DNA of 64,000 nt from the NCBI RefSeq assembly GCF_006345805.1, contig NC_043000.1, positions 56,792,001-56,856,000 on the forward strand. The letters run 5' to 3'. Shown piece by piece: positions 1-10,737 of the stretch. Below the pieces are notes generated by a model. It saw only the letters and a program-made list of their open reading frames with translations, was not told the DNA's origin and searched no databases. The first letter of the stretch is position 1, and each line of letters starts with the position of its first letter. The stretch comes from Octopus sinensis (taxonomy: Eukaryota). The translations under genes and the position numbers were made by a program.

Positions 1-157
1 TTTAGTATGTCCTTTGAGTAATTATAATCCTTCAGTTATTCAATGCTTTTCTGGGCCTGCAATTGCCTATGTTACTGAATCACCTATATTACACTAGATA
101 ATAAGAGAGTCAATAATATCTTCACAAATATTTTCACCTGAATTATTTCCTCCATAT
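1..157. repeat. Fragment of dispersed repeat also present at 39971-40144
   Basis: ttagtatgtcctttg...gggcctgcaattgcctatgttactga...gagtcaataatatcttcacaaatattttcacctgaattatttcctccatat aligns by eye with ttagtatgtcctttg...ggcctgaaattgcctatattactga...gagtcaataatatcttcgcaaatattttctcctgaactatttgctccatat at 39972-40144. Confidence 0.75.
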
Positions 158-160
158 ATA

Positions 161-412
161 CATCATCATCATCATCATCATCGTTTAACATCCGCTTTCC
201 ATGCTGGCATGGGTTGGACGGTTTGACTGAGGACTGGTGAGCCAGAGGCTGTATCTCAATCTGATCTGGCAAGTTTCAACAGCTGGATGCCCTTCCTAAT
301 GCCAACCACTCCAAGAGTGTAGCAGGTACTTTTACGTGCCATCGGCACGAGGGCCAGTCAAGCAGTTCTGGCAAAAACCACGCTCAAAAGGTGTTTTTAC
401 GTGCTACTTGCA
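161..412 (-). mobile_element. RTE LINE 3' tail fragment with (ATG)n tail
   Basis: Reverse complement matches the terminal part of the RTE 3' UTR at 13770-13950 (gagtggttggcattaggaagggcatccagctg...aaccgtccaacccatgc...gcatggaaagcggatgttaaacgatgatg). Confidence 0.85.
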
Positions 413-799
413 TGTATATAACCTAAATAGAACTGGTTAGAAGATGAAGAATTTTTAGTTATAAACAAGTATCAAACTCAAAAACATTTGAAAGCTAAGT
501 CTAAGCATGCTAGAAACAGCAGCCAAAATCTCTCTCAAATCAAACTCCACCATTTTAAACAATGAAGGACACATTGGGTAGTTTAGTCCTAGAAACCCTG
601 TGTGAAATAACAACATTTGATTCAACATGGTAGAAGCTTTTGAGAACTTGGTTAGCTTCATGATGTTCCTCAATCTTTCTTGTTTTCAGATGGCACATTG
701 AAGTGCATATTATGTTTCACTGCCTTCTCGTACCTTCACTTCACACAGTTGTTCTTGTTATTTAGTTCCAGGTCAGTTTCCGATAAGGCAAGCCTATGG

Positions 800-1130
800 C
801 ATAGATATGGTCATGAGGTTAAGAAGTTTGCTTTGCAATCATATGGTTTCAGGTTCAGCCCCATTGCACAACACCTTGGACAAGTATCTTCTACTACAGC
901 CCTGGGAGTAAATTTGGTAGAAGGAAACTGTGGAAGCTCATCGTGTGTGTGTGTGTGTGTATGTCTTTTTGTCTGTTTGTCCCCCAACCCTGCTTGACAT
1001 CTGGTGTTGGTGTTTTTACAGCCCTGTTACTTAGCAGTTCAGCAAAAGAGTCTGATAGAATAAATACCAAGCTTAAAAATAAAAAATTACTACCGAGGTC
1101 TAATGACTGAAGCAGGTAAAAGATAAAAGA
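800..1130 (+). mobile_element. Diverged tRNA-derived CORE-type SINE
   Basis: ggtttcaggttcagccccattgc head, caccttggacaagtatcttctactacagcc CORE-like block, internal (TG)n and gtaaaagataaaaga tail, matching the younger copies at 26669-27061 and 35779-36175. Confidence 0.75.
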
Positions 1131-1174
1131 TATATATATATATATACAGACACACACACACACACACACAAGTA

Positions 1175-1340
1175 CAGGCATGTTGTGTATTCAGGAGGTT
1201 TGCTTCCTAGCTACATGGTTTCAGGTTCAGTCCCACTGCGTGGCACTTTGGGCAAGTGCCCCACGCTGACCGACACTTTGTAATTGAATTTAGTAGACAG
1301 AAGTTACGGCAGTTTGTGTAGGTGCTTGTGCCTTTCCAAG
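1175..1340 (+). mobile_element. CORE-type SINE 5' fragment
   Basis: catggtttcaggttcagtcccactgcgtggcactttgggcaagtg matches the family head. Confidence 0.7.
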
Positions 1341-1370
1341 AGAGAGAGAGGGAGGGATATATATATATAT

Positions 1371-1773
1371 ACTCTTTTACTCTTTTACTTGTTTCAGTCA
1401 TATGACTGTGGCCATGCTGGAGCACCGCCTTTAATCGAGCAACTCGACCCCGGGACTTATTCTTTTGTAAGCCCAGTACTTATTCTATCAGTCTCTTTTT
1501 GCCGAACCGCTAAGTAACGGGGACATAAACACACCAGCATCAGTTGTCAAGCAATGCTAGGGGGACAAACACAGACACACAAACACACACACATATATAT
1601 ACATATATACGACAGGCTTCTTTCAGTTTCTGTCTACCAAATCCACTCACAAGGCTTTGGTCGGCCCGAGGCTATAGTAGAAGACACTTGCCCAAGGTGC
1701 CACGCAGTGGGACTGAACCCGGAACCATGTGGCTGGTAAACAAGCTACTTACCACACAGCCACTCCTGTGCCT
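1371..1773 (-). mobile_element. Full-length young CORE-type tRNA-derived SINE
   Basis: Reverse complement reads aggcacaggagtggctgtgtggtaagtagcttg...ggttccgggttcagtcccactgcgtggcaccttgggcaagtgtcttctactatagcc...(TA/TG)n...gaaacaagtaaaagagtaaaagagt. Near-identical to 26669-27061, 35779-36175 and 44923-45337. Confidence 0.9.
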
Positions 1774-2280
1774 ATATATATATATGCACAGAGAAAGAGA
1801 GACAGAGACAGACAGACAGAGAAAGAGGAGGCAAAACAGCAAACATAGAAGTCTCAGAAGGAAAATAACATTGTCAGATTATGCAATTCTGAGTGGTGTG
1901 TACTAGAGAGAGAATATCTATGTTTTAGTATGTGTGTGTGTGTGTGTACCTGTATATATGTGTATATTTATATGTGCGTATGTATGTTAATGCAAAAATG
2001 TATTCAACATTTTATTGAGTTAATATCCAAATATTTTGTTCTCTCAATTCCCTCCCGCTTCTTCCATGTAATCATTCAACCGTCCCCTTATTAAGACTAT
2101 TAAGATGTGGTTGTGGAAAACAAAAAAACTCCTGCACTGGCCGAAAATGTTCGTTAACCATGAAATCTCACTGCACAGCATCAATGATCATGGTTCCTGC
2201 ATGGTTTTGGCAATGGTGCCAAGTACGGCTGAGCAAAAATATCTCAATGTCATGCCAGAATAGCAATATGAAGATCAGAG

Positions 2281-3235
2281 GAGTGGGAGAAAGGGGAAGT
2301 GAGAGGGGGAGAGAGAAGGGAAGAGCAAAAAACAGAAAGAAAGAGCTAAAGAAAGAAAGACAGTGAGAGAAAAAGAAAGGAAGGAAGGAAGAGTGAAAGA
2401 AAGAGCAGAAGAAAGAGTGAAAGAAAGAAAAAGAGTGAAAGAAAGAAAGAGCGAAAGAAAAAAGAGCAAATGAAAGAAAGAAAGAAAAGAAAAGAATGAA
2501 AGAAAGAGCAGAAGAAAGAGGGAAAGAAAGAAAAGCAAAAGAAAGAGTGAAAGAAAGAAAGAGCGAAAGAAAGAAAAAATTAAAGGAAGAAAGAAAGGGC
2601 AAAAGAAAGAAAGGAAGAACTAAAGGAAGAAAGAAAGGGCAAAAGAAAGAAAGAAGAAAGAGTGAGAGAAAAAAAGAAAGGAAAGAAGGAAGGAAGGAAA
2701 AGTGAAAGAAAGAAAGAGTGACAGAAAAAGAGTGAAAGAAAGAAAGAGCGAAAGAAAAAAAAGCAAAAGAAAGAAAAAAAGAACTAAAGGAAGAAAGAGT
2801 GAAAGAAAGCAAGAGCAAAAGAAAGAAAGAGTGAAAGAAAGAAAGGAAGGAAGAAAGAAACGAAGGAAGAAAGAAAGAAAGAAAGAAAGAAAAAAGAGTG
2901 AAAGAAAGAGCAAAAGAAAGAGTGAAAGAAAGAAAGGGCGAAAGAAAGAAAGAAAGAAAGAAAGAGCAAAAGAAATCAAGAGCAAAAGAAATAAATAAAA
3001 AAAGAACTAAAGAAAGAAAGAGTGAATGAAAGAGAGAAAAAAGAACTAAAGAAAGAAAAAGTGAAAGAAAGAGCAAAAGAAAGAAAGAGTGAAAGAAAGA
3101 AAGAAACAAAGAGTGAAAGAAAGAGCAAAAGAAAGAGCAAAAGAAATCAAGAGCAAAAGAAAGAAAGAAAAAAAGGAAGAAAGGAAGAGCGAAAAAAGAA
3201 AGAAAGAAAGAAAGAAAGAGCAAAAGAAAGAGCAA

Positions 3236-3303
<68 letters not shown>

Positions 3304-3440
3304 AGGAGCGAAAGAAAGGAAGGAAAGAAAGAAAAAGAGTGAAAGAAAGGAGGAAGGAAAGAGTGAAAGAGAGAAAGAAAGAAGCAGTGAAAGAAAAACC
3401 AGTGAAAGAAAAAAGAAAGAGCAAAAGAAAGTGGGATGAG
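2281..3440. repeat. About 1.15 kb polypurine (GAAA)n-derived compound microsatellite
   Basis: Nearly all A/G on the + strand, with recurring variants gagcaaaa, gagtgaaa and gagcgaaa. It generates the spurious K/E/R-rich and F/L/S-rich ORFs. Confidence 0.95.
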
Positions 3441-3454
3441 AGAAGGAGAATTAG

Positions 3455-3580
3455 ATGATGATGATGATGATAAAAGATGATGAAGGTGGTGGAGGTGATG
3501 ATCATGATCATGATCATCATCATCACCATCAACACCACCACCACAACCATCACCACCACCACAATCAACACCACCACCGT
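3455..3580. repeat. Compound triplet microsatellite (ATG/GGT/CAT/CAC)n
   Basis: Direct reading of the sequence. Confidence 0.9.
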
Positions 3581-4024
3581 GAAGAAAACTGGAAGAAAGA
3601 AAAATATGATTACAAGTGTCTGCGTATATGTTGGAAGAGGAAAAAAAAAAAAGAGAGAAAGACAGACAAACAGACAAACACAAAAGAGAGAAAGGAAGTG
3701 ACAAGAACAGGAAGGAAGCAACAGAACAGGAAGTAACAGATGTAACATGAACAAGAGGACAATGAAGGATAATGGTCTTGGAAGAAATGTTGCATCTTAA
3801 ACTCCTCTTACACACACACACACACCTCCCTTTTGTTGGCGAGCAAAACTCTGAACAAATGGGAACAGAAACAAGAAAACCTTTACCTCAATGAAGCTTA
3901 AATTTCTAGTGATATTATCATTTCTGAAGTACAAGCTAAAAAAAAATGGTCAGATGGATAAGTTATTGGATTATCAGCAAACAGGTCTTGTGTTCAACTG
4001 AAGTACAGTTCTAATATTGGTCTC

Positions 4025-4205
4025 AGATTCAGGCACAAGGCCAGCAAGTTTGGGGGAATGGGGTATGGTCAATTACATCTTGATTGATACTTATTTTATC
4101 AACCCTGAAAGGATGAAAGGCAAAAATTAATCTCAGTGAAATTTGAACTCAGAACATAACAGATGAAAGCATTTTGTCTGGCCTGCTAATGACTCTACCA
4201 ACTCA
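4025..4205 (-). mobile_element. Diverged tRNA-derived SINE (Nin-domain-like family)
   Basis: Reverse complement matches 4464-4684 (gttctgagttcaaatt...tttgcctttcatcctttcagggttgataaaataagta). Confidence 0.7.
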
Positions 4206-4244
4206 CCACTCTTAAGTGCAATTCTGTTATTGATTTCAAATTTT

Positions 4245-4430
4245 GTCACAAGGCCAGCAATTTAGGGGGAGGATATAAGTCGGTTTCATTGACCCCTGTA
4301 CTCAGTTGGTACTTATTTTATCAACTCTAAAAGGATGAAAGGCTAAAGTCAACCTTGGTAGAATTTGAATTCAAAATGTAAAGATCAATGAAATACTCTA
4401 GTGTGCTAATGATTATGCCACCTTAGCACC
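4245..4430 (-). mobile_element. Diverged tRNA-derived SINE (Nin-domain-like family), second tandem copy
   Basis: ggtacttattttatcaactctaaaaggatgaaaggctaaagtcaaccttggtagaatttgaattc is the reverse complement of the family core. Confidence 0.7.
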
Positions 4431-4463
4431 TGAAGTACAGTTCTAATATGATCTGGTAATCTA

Positions 4464-4684
4464 AGGCAGCGAGCTGGCAAATACGTTAGCATACCGGGTG
4501 AAATGTTTAGCGGTATTTCATCTGTCTTTATGTTCTGAGTTCAAATTCTGCCAAGGTCAACTTTGCCTTTCATCCTTTCAGGGTCGATAAATTAAGTACG
4601 AGTTGCATACTGTGGTCAATCTAATCGACTGACGCCCTCCCCAAAAATTTCAGGCCTTGGGCTCAGAGTAGAAAAGAATATTAT
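4464..4684 (+). mobile_element. tRNA-derived SINE (Nin-domain-like family)
   Basis: ggcagcgagctggc (A-box-like), gttctgagttcaaattc (B-box-like), then ggtcaactttgcctttcatcctttcagggtcgataaattaagtac. The Nin-like assignment is from recollection of the domain consensus. Confidence 0.8.
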
Positions 4685-5713
4685 CAGGTAATCTGTTTCA
4701 TCATCATCATTATCATTTTACATTGAAGCTAACAAACTTCCTACATTTGGATCCCTGGATCTTACCCTTATATATCAATATATAAATATATGTATATATA
4801 TATAGAGAGAGAGAGATAAAGAGAGAGAGAGAGAGAGAGAGAGAGGGATTAAAGTGTTACACTTGTGACTAAGGTGTATTAATATAATTGTACCAATTTT
4901 AGGGATATTTTCATTTGGAACAGTTTCCTATAAATTCTTAAGCTTACCAATCACAAAGAGTTACAAAATGGAGTCTTTTTACACCTTTGCTTTCTTGACC
5001 AAAGAGTGGTAATTGCTGTTTAGTCTCAGGTGAACCGTGATCAAATAGATTTATGTATGATCAAAGGCATTCTAGCTGTCACCACTCTGCCCTTCACATT
5101 TATATCAGATACTACATTATACAATGCATCTTTATTTTGTTAAGGATTTCAAGGAGAAATCCTTGGCTGTGATATTTAGCAAGTTCAGTAACCAAGCAGA
5201 AGCTCATTCCTTAGAGAGTAAAAGGCATCAACAGTAAAAGGCAGGTGTGGAGTTGAGAGAAATAATGCAAATGCATACACATCTCATGTGAAGATCAAGA
5301 AGATGGGAGATAGAGATAATGTGAGGAAATGAGTTACAGAAGAGATATAAAGAAATGAAGATGTGACGTAATGAAGATGACTGGAAGAGCTAAGATGCCA
5401 TGAAGGTGATGGAAGGAAGTAAGACACAATAAGGAATAATGGAAGGAAGTGAGATATAATGAGGATGACTGGAGGAGGTACGATGCAGTGAGGGCGATGG
5501 GGAGAGATGAGATATGTAAGTCTAGATTGTATGCAATCAATTCAGAAGAGACTGTTGAAGTAGGGAAAGAAGGAGCAAAGAAAAGAAATAGTTTTGTGTG
5601 CAGCATGTTTGTAATTGCACTGTTGCCAATTAGTTGGATGACAATGCAATCTGCCAACATGTGCAGTAGATGCACTTCTCTTATACAAAGGAGCAGCCCT
5701 CTAGCATGGGTCC

Positions 5714-6103
5714 TAACCCTTTTGTTACCATATTTTTGTTGAGATACTCTGTCCTTCATCACCATCACTTAACATCCATTTTCCATGTTGGCATCGGCTG
5801 GACAATTTGACAGGACCTGACCAACCAGAAAACTGCCCATGTTCCAATTGTCTCTTTTGGTATGGTTTCTATGGCTGGATGCCCTTCCTAATGGCAACAA
5901 CTTTACAGAGTGTGCTGGGTCAATTAATTTTGAAAATAATGATGAATTTAGTGAAATAACTTCAGCATTTTATTGAGCTAGCATTTAGAACATAAATCAA
6001 AATGAGATTTTCATGAATGATTTTAATTTAGAACATTTTAAAACAGAAAGCCTGCATCATAGAACCAAGGGTGGTCATAAATGAGTTGATATCAAAGGGT
6101 TAA
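5714..6103. mobile_element. piggyBac-type MITE (family 1) interrupted by an RTE tail (about 5757-5922, minus)
   Basis: Ends (c)taacccttttgttacc ... atatcaaagggttaa. The body is the reverse complement of 19433-19652. Confidence 0.65.
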
Positions 6104-7727
6104 ATGAGCTACATAAGTAAATATCTTGACCAAAACATAATGGAGAGCTTGGAATGGGATATGAAAAACCTTGAAGTGGCAGTCTCTAACACCCTAAAGA
6201 CATAGCCAACAATAATCTATGTTGTACTAGACATTACAACTACAAACTTCCTACAGTCTGAGGAAATATACTACAGCAGTTAGCTTCGAGATTTATGGCA
6301 AAGAAGGAAAAAGTATCAAAAAGTAATTACAAAGAATGATTTAATATACACTTAATAAATTTCTAAGAATTCTTTCATTAATTGTTCTATAGGCAATAAC
6401 TTTGCAGCAAAAAGCATTCTTTATAATTTATTTTTTTCTTATACAATTTATTTTTATTTTATTTCAACTACTTTTTCTATAATCTTTTTTTATAGGCCAA
6501 GGAAATAAAGAATTTAAGTTTTGTTGTTACTTTTTAAGGTTTTTCACCCATTTTTTCTTTAACATTTTTTTTCATTCAGAAATATACAAAACTGGAAAAT
6601 AAATAAATAAGAGAAAAATATAAATATCTAATGTAATGTCTATCCTTCAAAGCAAATAGAGCCTTATAAAAAGAAAGCTGAAAGAATGTGAAAATTTAAA
6701 TAAATTGGTTAACAGCAAAAAGAATAGCAGCATTTAACAAAATTCTTTAAATATGTTCTAATTTCAAGGAACGAACAAAAAAATTTCTAGTGGAAAATTA
6801 CATTTTTAGTATTCACAGTATTATTTAGTGCCTATTAAGTTGTTTCCTATTTGTATTATTTTATTTTAAAAAAATTTATTCTAAGATTTATTTAAAAACT
6901 TTCATTGCAACATATCCGTATATCTACAAATGATATCGATATAGACAGGTATTACACACACATATGTGCACAAATATATACACAATCCTGTGTACTATCC
7001 TACAATTGTTTGTGGCTGCTCTCTGAGGAAAAACAATCAAGAATTCAAAACAAGGAAAGAAAGAAAAAGAATGAGAAAAAGAAGAAAGAAAGAAGAAAAG
7101 AAGAGTTTGTAGGAAAAAGAGATAAGAGTTATGTCCATTTGGTCCATTAGAAGGGGAATTCACAATGGTTGGTAGAGTTAATCTGACAGAGAAAGGTTAA
7201 GGTTTGTAAGACTATGCCTAATCAAGAGAAGCAGGTATTAGTATTATTCAGATCAAAAGCAGAAACTTGTGATGATGTTAGCATTTTGTGAAAATTTCCA
7301 ATCTTGAAAGAGGAAGAAACAAAGGGGTATTGTTGATAAGAAACAAAGAAAATAAGTGCTGTATGAATGAAAGGAGAAAAGGTGTACTAGGCAAAAATCT
7401 ATTCTCATGAATAATTTCCAACTGCAAGGAATTAGGAGTATCAAGTATTCTGTAGAAAAAGGACACTGTGCACAGATAAAATAACAAAACCCAAAGACAA
7501 ACGAAAATGCGCTGTTCAGCAGATCTGATCAACTTATGATCCGACTCATGAGGAAGAGGAGGAAAATTTGATTTTGTAATGCAAAACAGCAACATTTTTT
7601 GTTTTTCCTTTTCTTTTCTTTTTTTTGAGAGTTGACAGTAAACTATCAATAACAAATTTTAATTAATATTCATTTTCTTTTAGAAATCACTAAAATTCCC
7701 AGGAACTGTCTCCAAATTTTATAACCT

Positions 7728-8260
7728 TTAACTCTTAAGCATTTAAATCAGCCATATCTGGCCCAAATATTCTACCTGTTTCATGTTCAAACTGGCCAGA
7801 TCCAGCATCTAACATCTATTATTCAACATCATTAAAAAAAATAAACAAGCATACCATTGAAATTTCTGAGTCATGAGATAATACAACAGAGACCTCCTTC
7901 AGTCATGAATGACCATAGGATTGCACCTAGAAAGTTACCCTCCAAGACACAAGTCCAGGCAAGGTTGTTTACGGAAGACCAGCAGTCACCCATGCATACC
8001 AGCCTCAGCTCTCCATGCCACCGATGTTATCCAAGGACAATATAGTTTGGCACCAGTGACGTTGCAACTCATTTCTACAGCTGAGTAAACTGGAGCAATG
8101 TGAAATGAAGTGTCTTGCTCAAGAACACAACACACAGCCCGGTCCGGGATTCAAACTCACAACCTCACGGTTGTAAGTTTGACACCCTAACCACTGACTT
8201 TAAAACAATATGGATAAATAAGCATTACATTTGACAGAGAAATCTGAATGCTAAAGGCAT
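7728..8260. mobile_element. piggyBac-type MITE (family 2) interrupted by a SINE
   Basis: ttaactcttaagcatttaaatcagccatatctggcc... and ...gacagagaaatctgaatgctaaagg match the intact copy at 31272-31499. Confidence 0.65.
7885..8199 (-). mobile_element. tRNA-derived SINE (head B plus tail 3)
   Basis: Reverse complement matches 45664-45984 (gtgttgtgttcttgagcaagacacttcatttcac...gctccagtttactcagctgt...ctggtcttcc...caaccttg...acttgtg...aactttctaggtgcaatcc.atggtcattcatga). Confidence 0.8.
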
Positions 8261-9289
8261 ATGCAAATGAACACTAAATCTTCTTTTGGTTAAGAAAGTA
8301 GCCTACAACAAGTATCTTGCCTCAAAAAGCATGGTATTTGTTCCTACAGAAAGATAAACTGAGACATGCTGAAATAAGTGACTGGCTCAAAAAAAAAAAA
8401 AACAATGAATATCTGATATACATCTGAACTCATGCCCCTTAATTTTGTAATCCAATATCTTTTCAGCTTATTCATTTTTGTCTTCCATCTATTCAGTCTG
8501 CCAATCCATGATTAACAGATTTTCTTCATGTTCATTTATGGTAATATGTTCCTCTATTCTGGTTTAGCTAATAAACCTTATCCTCATGTTCTATTACGTA
8601 CATTATTAAAGATGCTAAATTTGAGAATTTTATTTTGCAGAATAGAATAAGTCAATGATTTAAAAAAGTATAGTCTGATATTTGTTCAGACTGTAGCAGA
8701 CAGAAGTTTAAAAGCTTAATTAATCTTCATTGATTGCACTGTAGATTACAAACATTTTGCAAACAAGATTTAAAATGTACAATTCTTTACATAGAACTTA
8801 AATATATTTCCATACATAAATTCATTTTTCTTGATGACAAAAATTATGTGAAGTACTTTAGGCAAGTATCTTCTACTATAGCCCTGGTCCATCCAAAGCC
8901 TTGTGAGTGGATTCGGCAGATGAAAAGAGAAAGAAATCCATCAAATATACGTATAGTGTGTGTGCGTGTGTGTGTATTTATATATATCATTATTATTTAA
9001 TAAACATAACATATGTATTTATGTGCTACTATTAGTTTCATATGCTGAGAGCATGCCAAACAGTGTTTTTCACACATTTGGTGTCCTAGCACAATCATCA
9101 GACACTGCCCACATTGCATAACAAACTAAAAATTATCAAATAATAATAAAATTTTATAGTTTGCTTGAAGCATTGTATATGGAATATAAAGTTGAAAGAT
9201 TTAAAAGGTCAAACAATGCCAATAGATTTTAAGATGAGGAGATATAAACTAAAAGTAAGTTACCTGGTAATCTTTGGTCGTATATGTAT

Positions 9290-9325
9290 CCAATATTTCA
9301 GGACATACAAGTCCCTTCTTCAGGG
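9290..9325 (-). ncRNA. Minimal type I hammerhead ribozyme motif (PLE-type)
   Basis: CC CUGAAGA A GGGAC uuguau GUCCU GAAA UA UU GG: conserved core, 5-bp stem II, palindromic AUAU stem III, predicted AUU cleavage triplet. Confidence 0.7.
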
Positions 9326-9455
9326 TTAAAAAGGAACTGTCCTTGGAAAGATGTTTTTTGTCAGAGATAAAATAATTGTATGGTTATACTTGAACACTTA
9401 AAAATTCAAATATAATCATAGAATTATTTATCTTCCAAGGACAGTTCCTTTTTAA

Positions 9456-9491
9456 CCCTGAAGAAGGGATTTGTATGTCCCGAAATATTGG
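9456..9491 (+). ncRNA. Minimal type I hammerhead ribozyme motif (PLE-type)
   Basis: CC CUGAAGA A GGGAU uuguau GUCCC GAAA UA UU GG. The stem II differences from the minus copy preserve pairing through G-U wobbles. Confidence 0.7.
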
Positions 9492-9593
9492 GTAGATATA
9501 TGACCAAAGATTACCAGGTAACTTACTTTTAGTTTACGTTACCTCATCTTAAAATCTATTTGCATTGTTTGGCCTTTTAAATCTTTCAACGTT

Positions 9594-9700
9594 TTATTAA
9601 ATAATATTTATCGCTCACCAGATGGAGTACTGTTTTTGTTGATCTTACTATCACAGAACAGTACACTGCATATACATTATTTTATTAAATAATATTTATC
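9594..9700 (+). repeat. 88-bp tandem unit with internal hairpin; second unit resumes at 10651-10713 after an RTE insertion
   Basis: ttattaaataatatttatc occurs at 9594 and 9682. (g/a)ctcaccagatggagtact...tactatcacagaacagtacact occurs at 9613 and 10658. Hairpin gtactgtt...aacagtac. Confidence 0.8.
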
Positions 9701-10619
9701 AGTATGCTCAGTATGCCAGTATGCTCCGATGGATGTGTAATGTCAGTACTCATACTCGGCAGAGTGTAAGTACCTTGAGAGAAAAGCTGGACCTAAGAAG
9801 CATCAGTTGTGGTGTGCAAGAGAGACGGTTGCGCTGGTATGGTCATGTGGCAAGAATGGATGAAGATAGTTGTATGAAAAAGTGCCACACCCTAGCGGTT
9901 GAGGGAACCTGTGGAAGAGGCAGACCCAGGAAAACCTGGGACGAGGTGGTGAAGCACGACCTTTAGGTCTCACTGAGGAAATGACTAGAGACCGAGTCCT
10001 CTGGAAGTGTGCTGTGCGCAAGAAGACCCGGCAGGACAAGTGAGTCCATAACCCGTGGCCTTCTACATGGGATGGAGCCAGCCTACGTATGCATACCTTC
10101 CCTTCTTGGGACACAAAACTCTACTTGTGAAGACCTGTTGAGGCAAGTGAGGATCAGAATCGAAATCGATCAATGGAAATTGCAGATGTGTTACCATTGC
10201 CAGTGGCATGTCGAAACTCTACTTGTGAAGAACCGTTGAGGCAAGTGAGGATCAGAATCGAAATCGATCAATGGAAATTGCAGATGTGTTACCAGTGCCG
10301 GTGGCATGTAAGAGAACCTTCCGTTTTGCGACCGTTGCCAGCACCGCCCCGTTTCGTGTCCGTTGCCAGCCTCGCCTGGCCCTCGTGCCGGTGGCACATA
10401 AAAAGCACCATCCGTTCGTGGCCGTTTGCCAGCTCTGTCTGGCACCTGTGCGGGTGGCACGTAAAAAGCACCCACTACACTCTCGGAGTGGTTGGCGTTA
10501 GGAAGGGCATCCAGCCGTAGAAACACTGCCAGATTTGACTGGGCCTGATGAAACCTCTGGCTTCACAGACCCCAGTAGAACCGTCCAACCCATGCTAGCA
10601 TGGAAAACGGACGCTAAAC

Positions 10620-10650
<31 letters not shown>
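9701..10650 (+). mobile_element. 5'-truncated RTE LINE (ORF C-terminus, 3' UTR and (ATG)n tail) with 7-bp TSD ATTTATC
   Basis: ORF 9721-9966 (MLRWMCNVS...RLRWYGHVARM...GRGRPRKTWDEVVKHDL) is homologous to 11913-12374. ATTTATC lies at 9694-9700 and 10651-10657. Confidence 0.92.
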
Positions 10651-10654
<4 letters not shown>

Positions 10655-10737
10655 ATCACTCACCAGATGGAGTACTTTTTTTGTTGAACTTACTATCACA
10701 GAACAGTACACTTTATATATATATATATATATATATA

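Larger units (their letters stand above)
9186..9597. mobile_element. Penelope-like element pseudo-LTR pair in inverted (palindromic) arrangement
   Basis: Arms about 9186-9352 and 9430-9597 are reverse complements over about 165 bp with few mismatches, and each carries a minimal hammerhead motif. Inverted terminal copies and minimal HHRs are established hallmarks of PLEs. Confidence 0.7.

Noticed and set aside
2110-2280. Possible Tc1/DD37D transposase fragment (HGSCMVLAMV)
   Set aside because: The resemblance is too short and weak to support without a search.
2168-3754. 528-aa ORF and overlapping K/E/R-rich ORFs
   Set aside because: They are translations of (GAAA)n/(TTTC)n and triplet microsatellites, open in several frames on both strands, with no domain.
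10621-10737. Poly-Met N-terminus of the 431-aa ORF
   Set aside because: It derives from the (ATG)n tail of the upstream RTE fragment, the split 88-bp unit and (TA)n. The real RTE sequence starts at about 10738 and is 5'-truncated.
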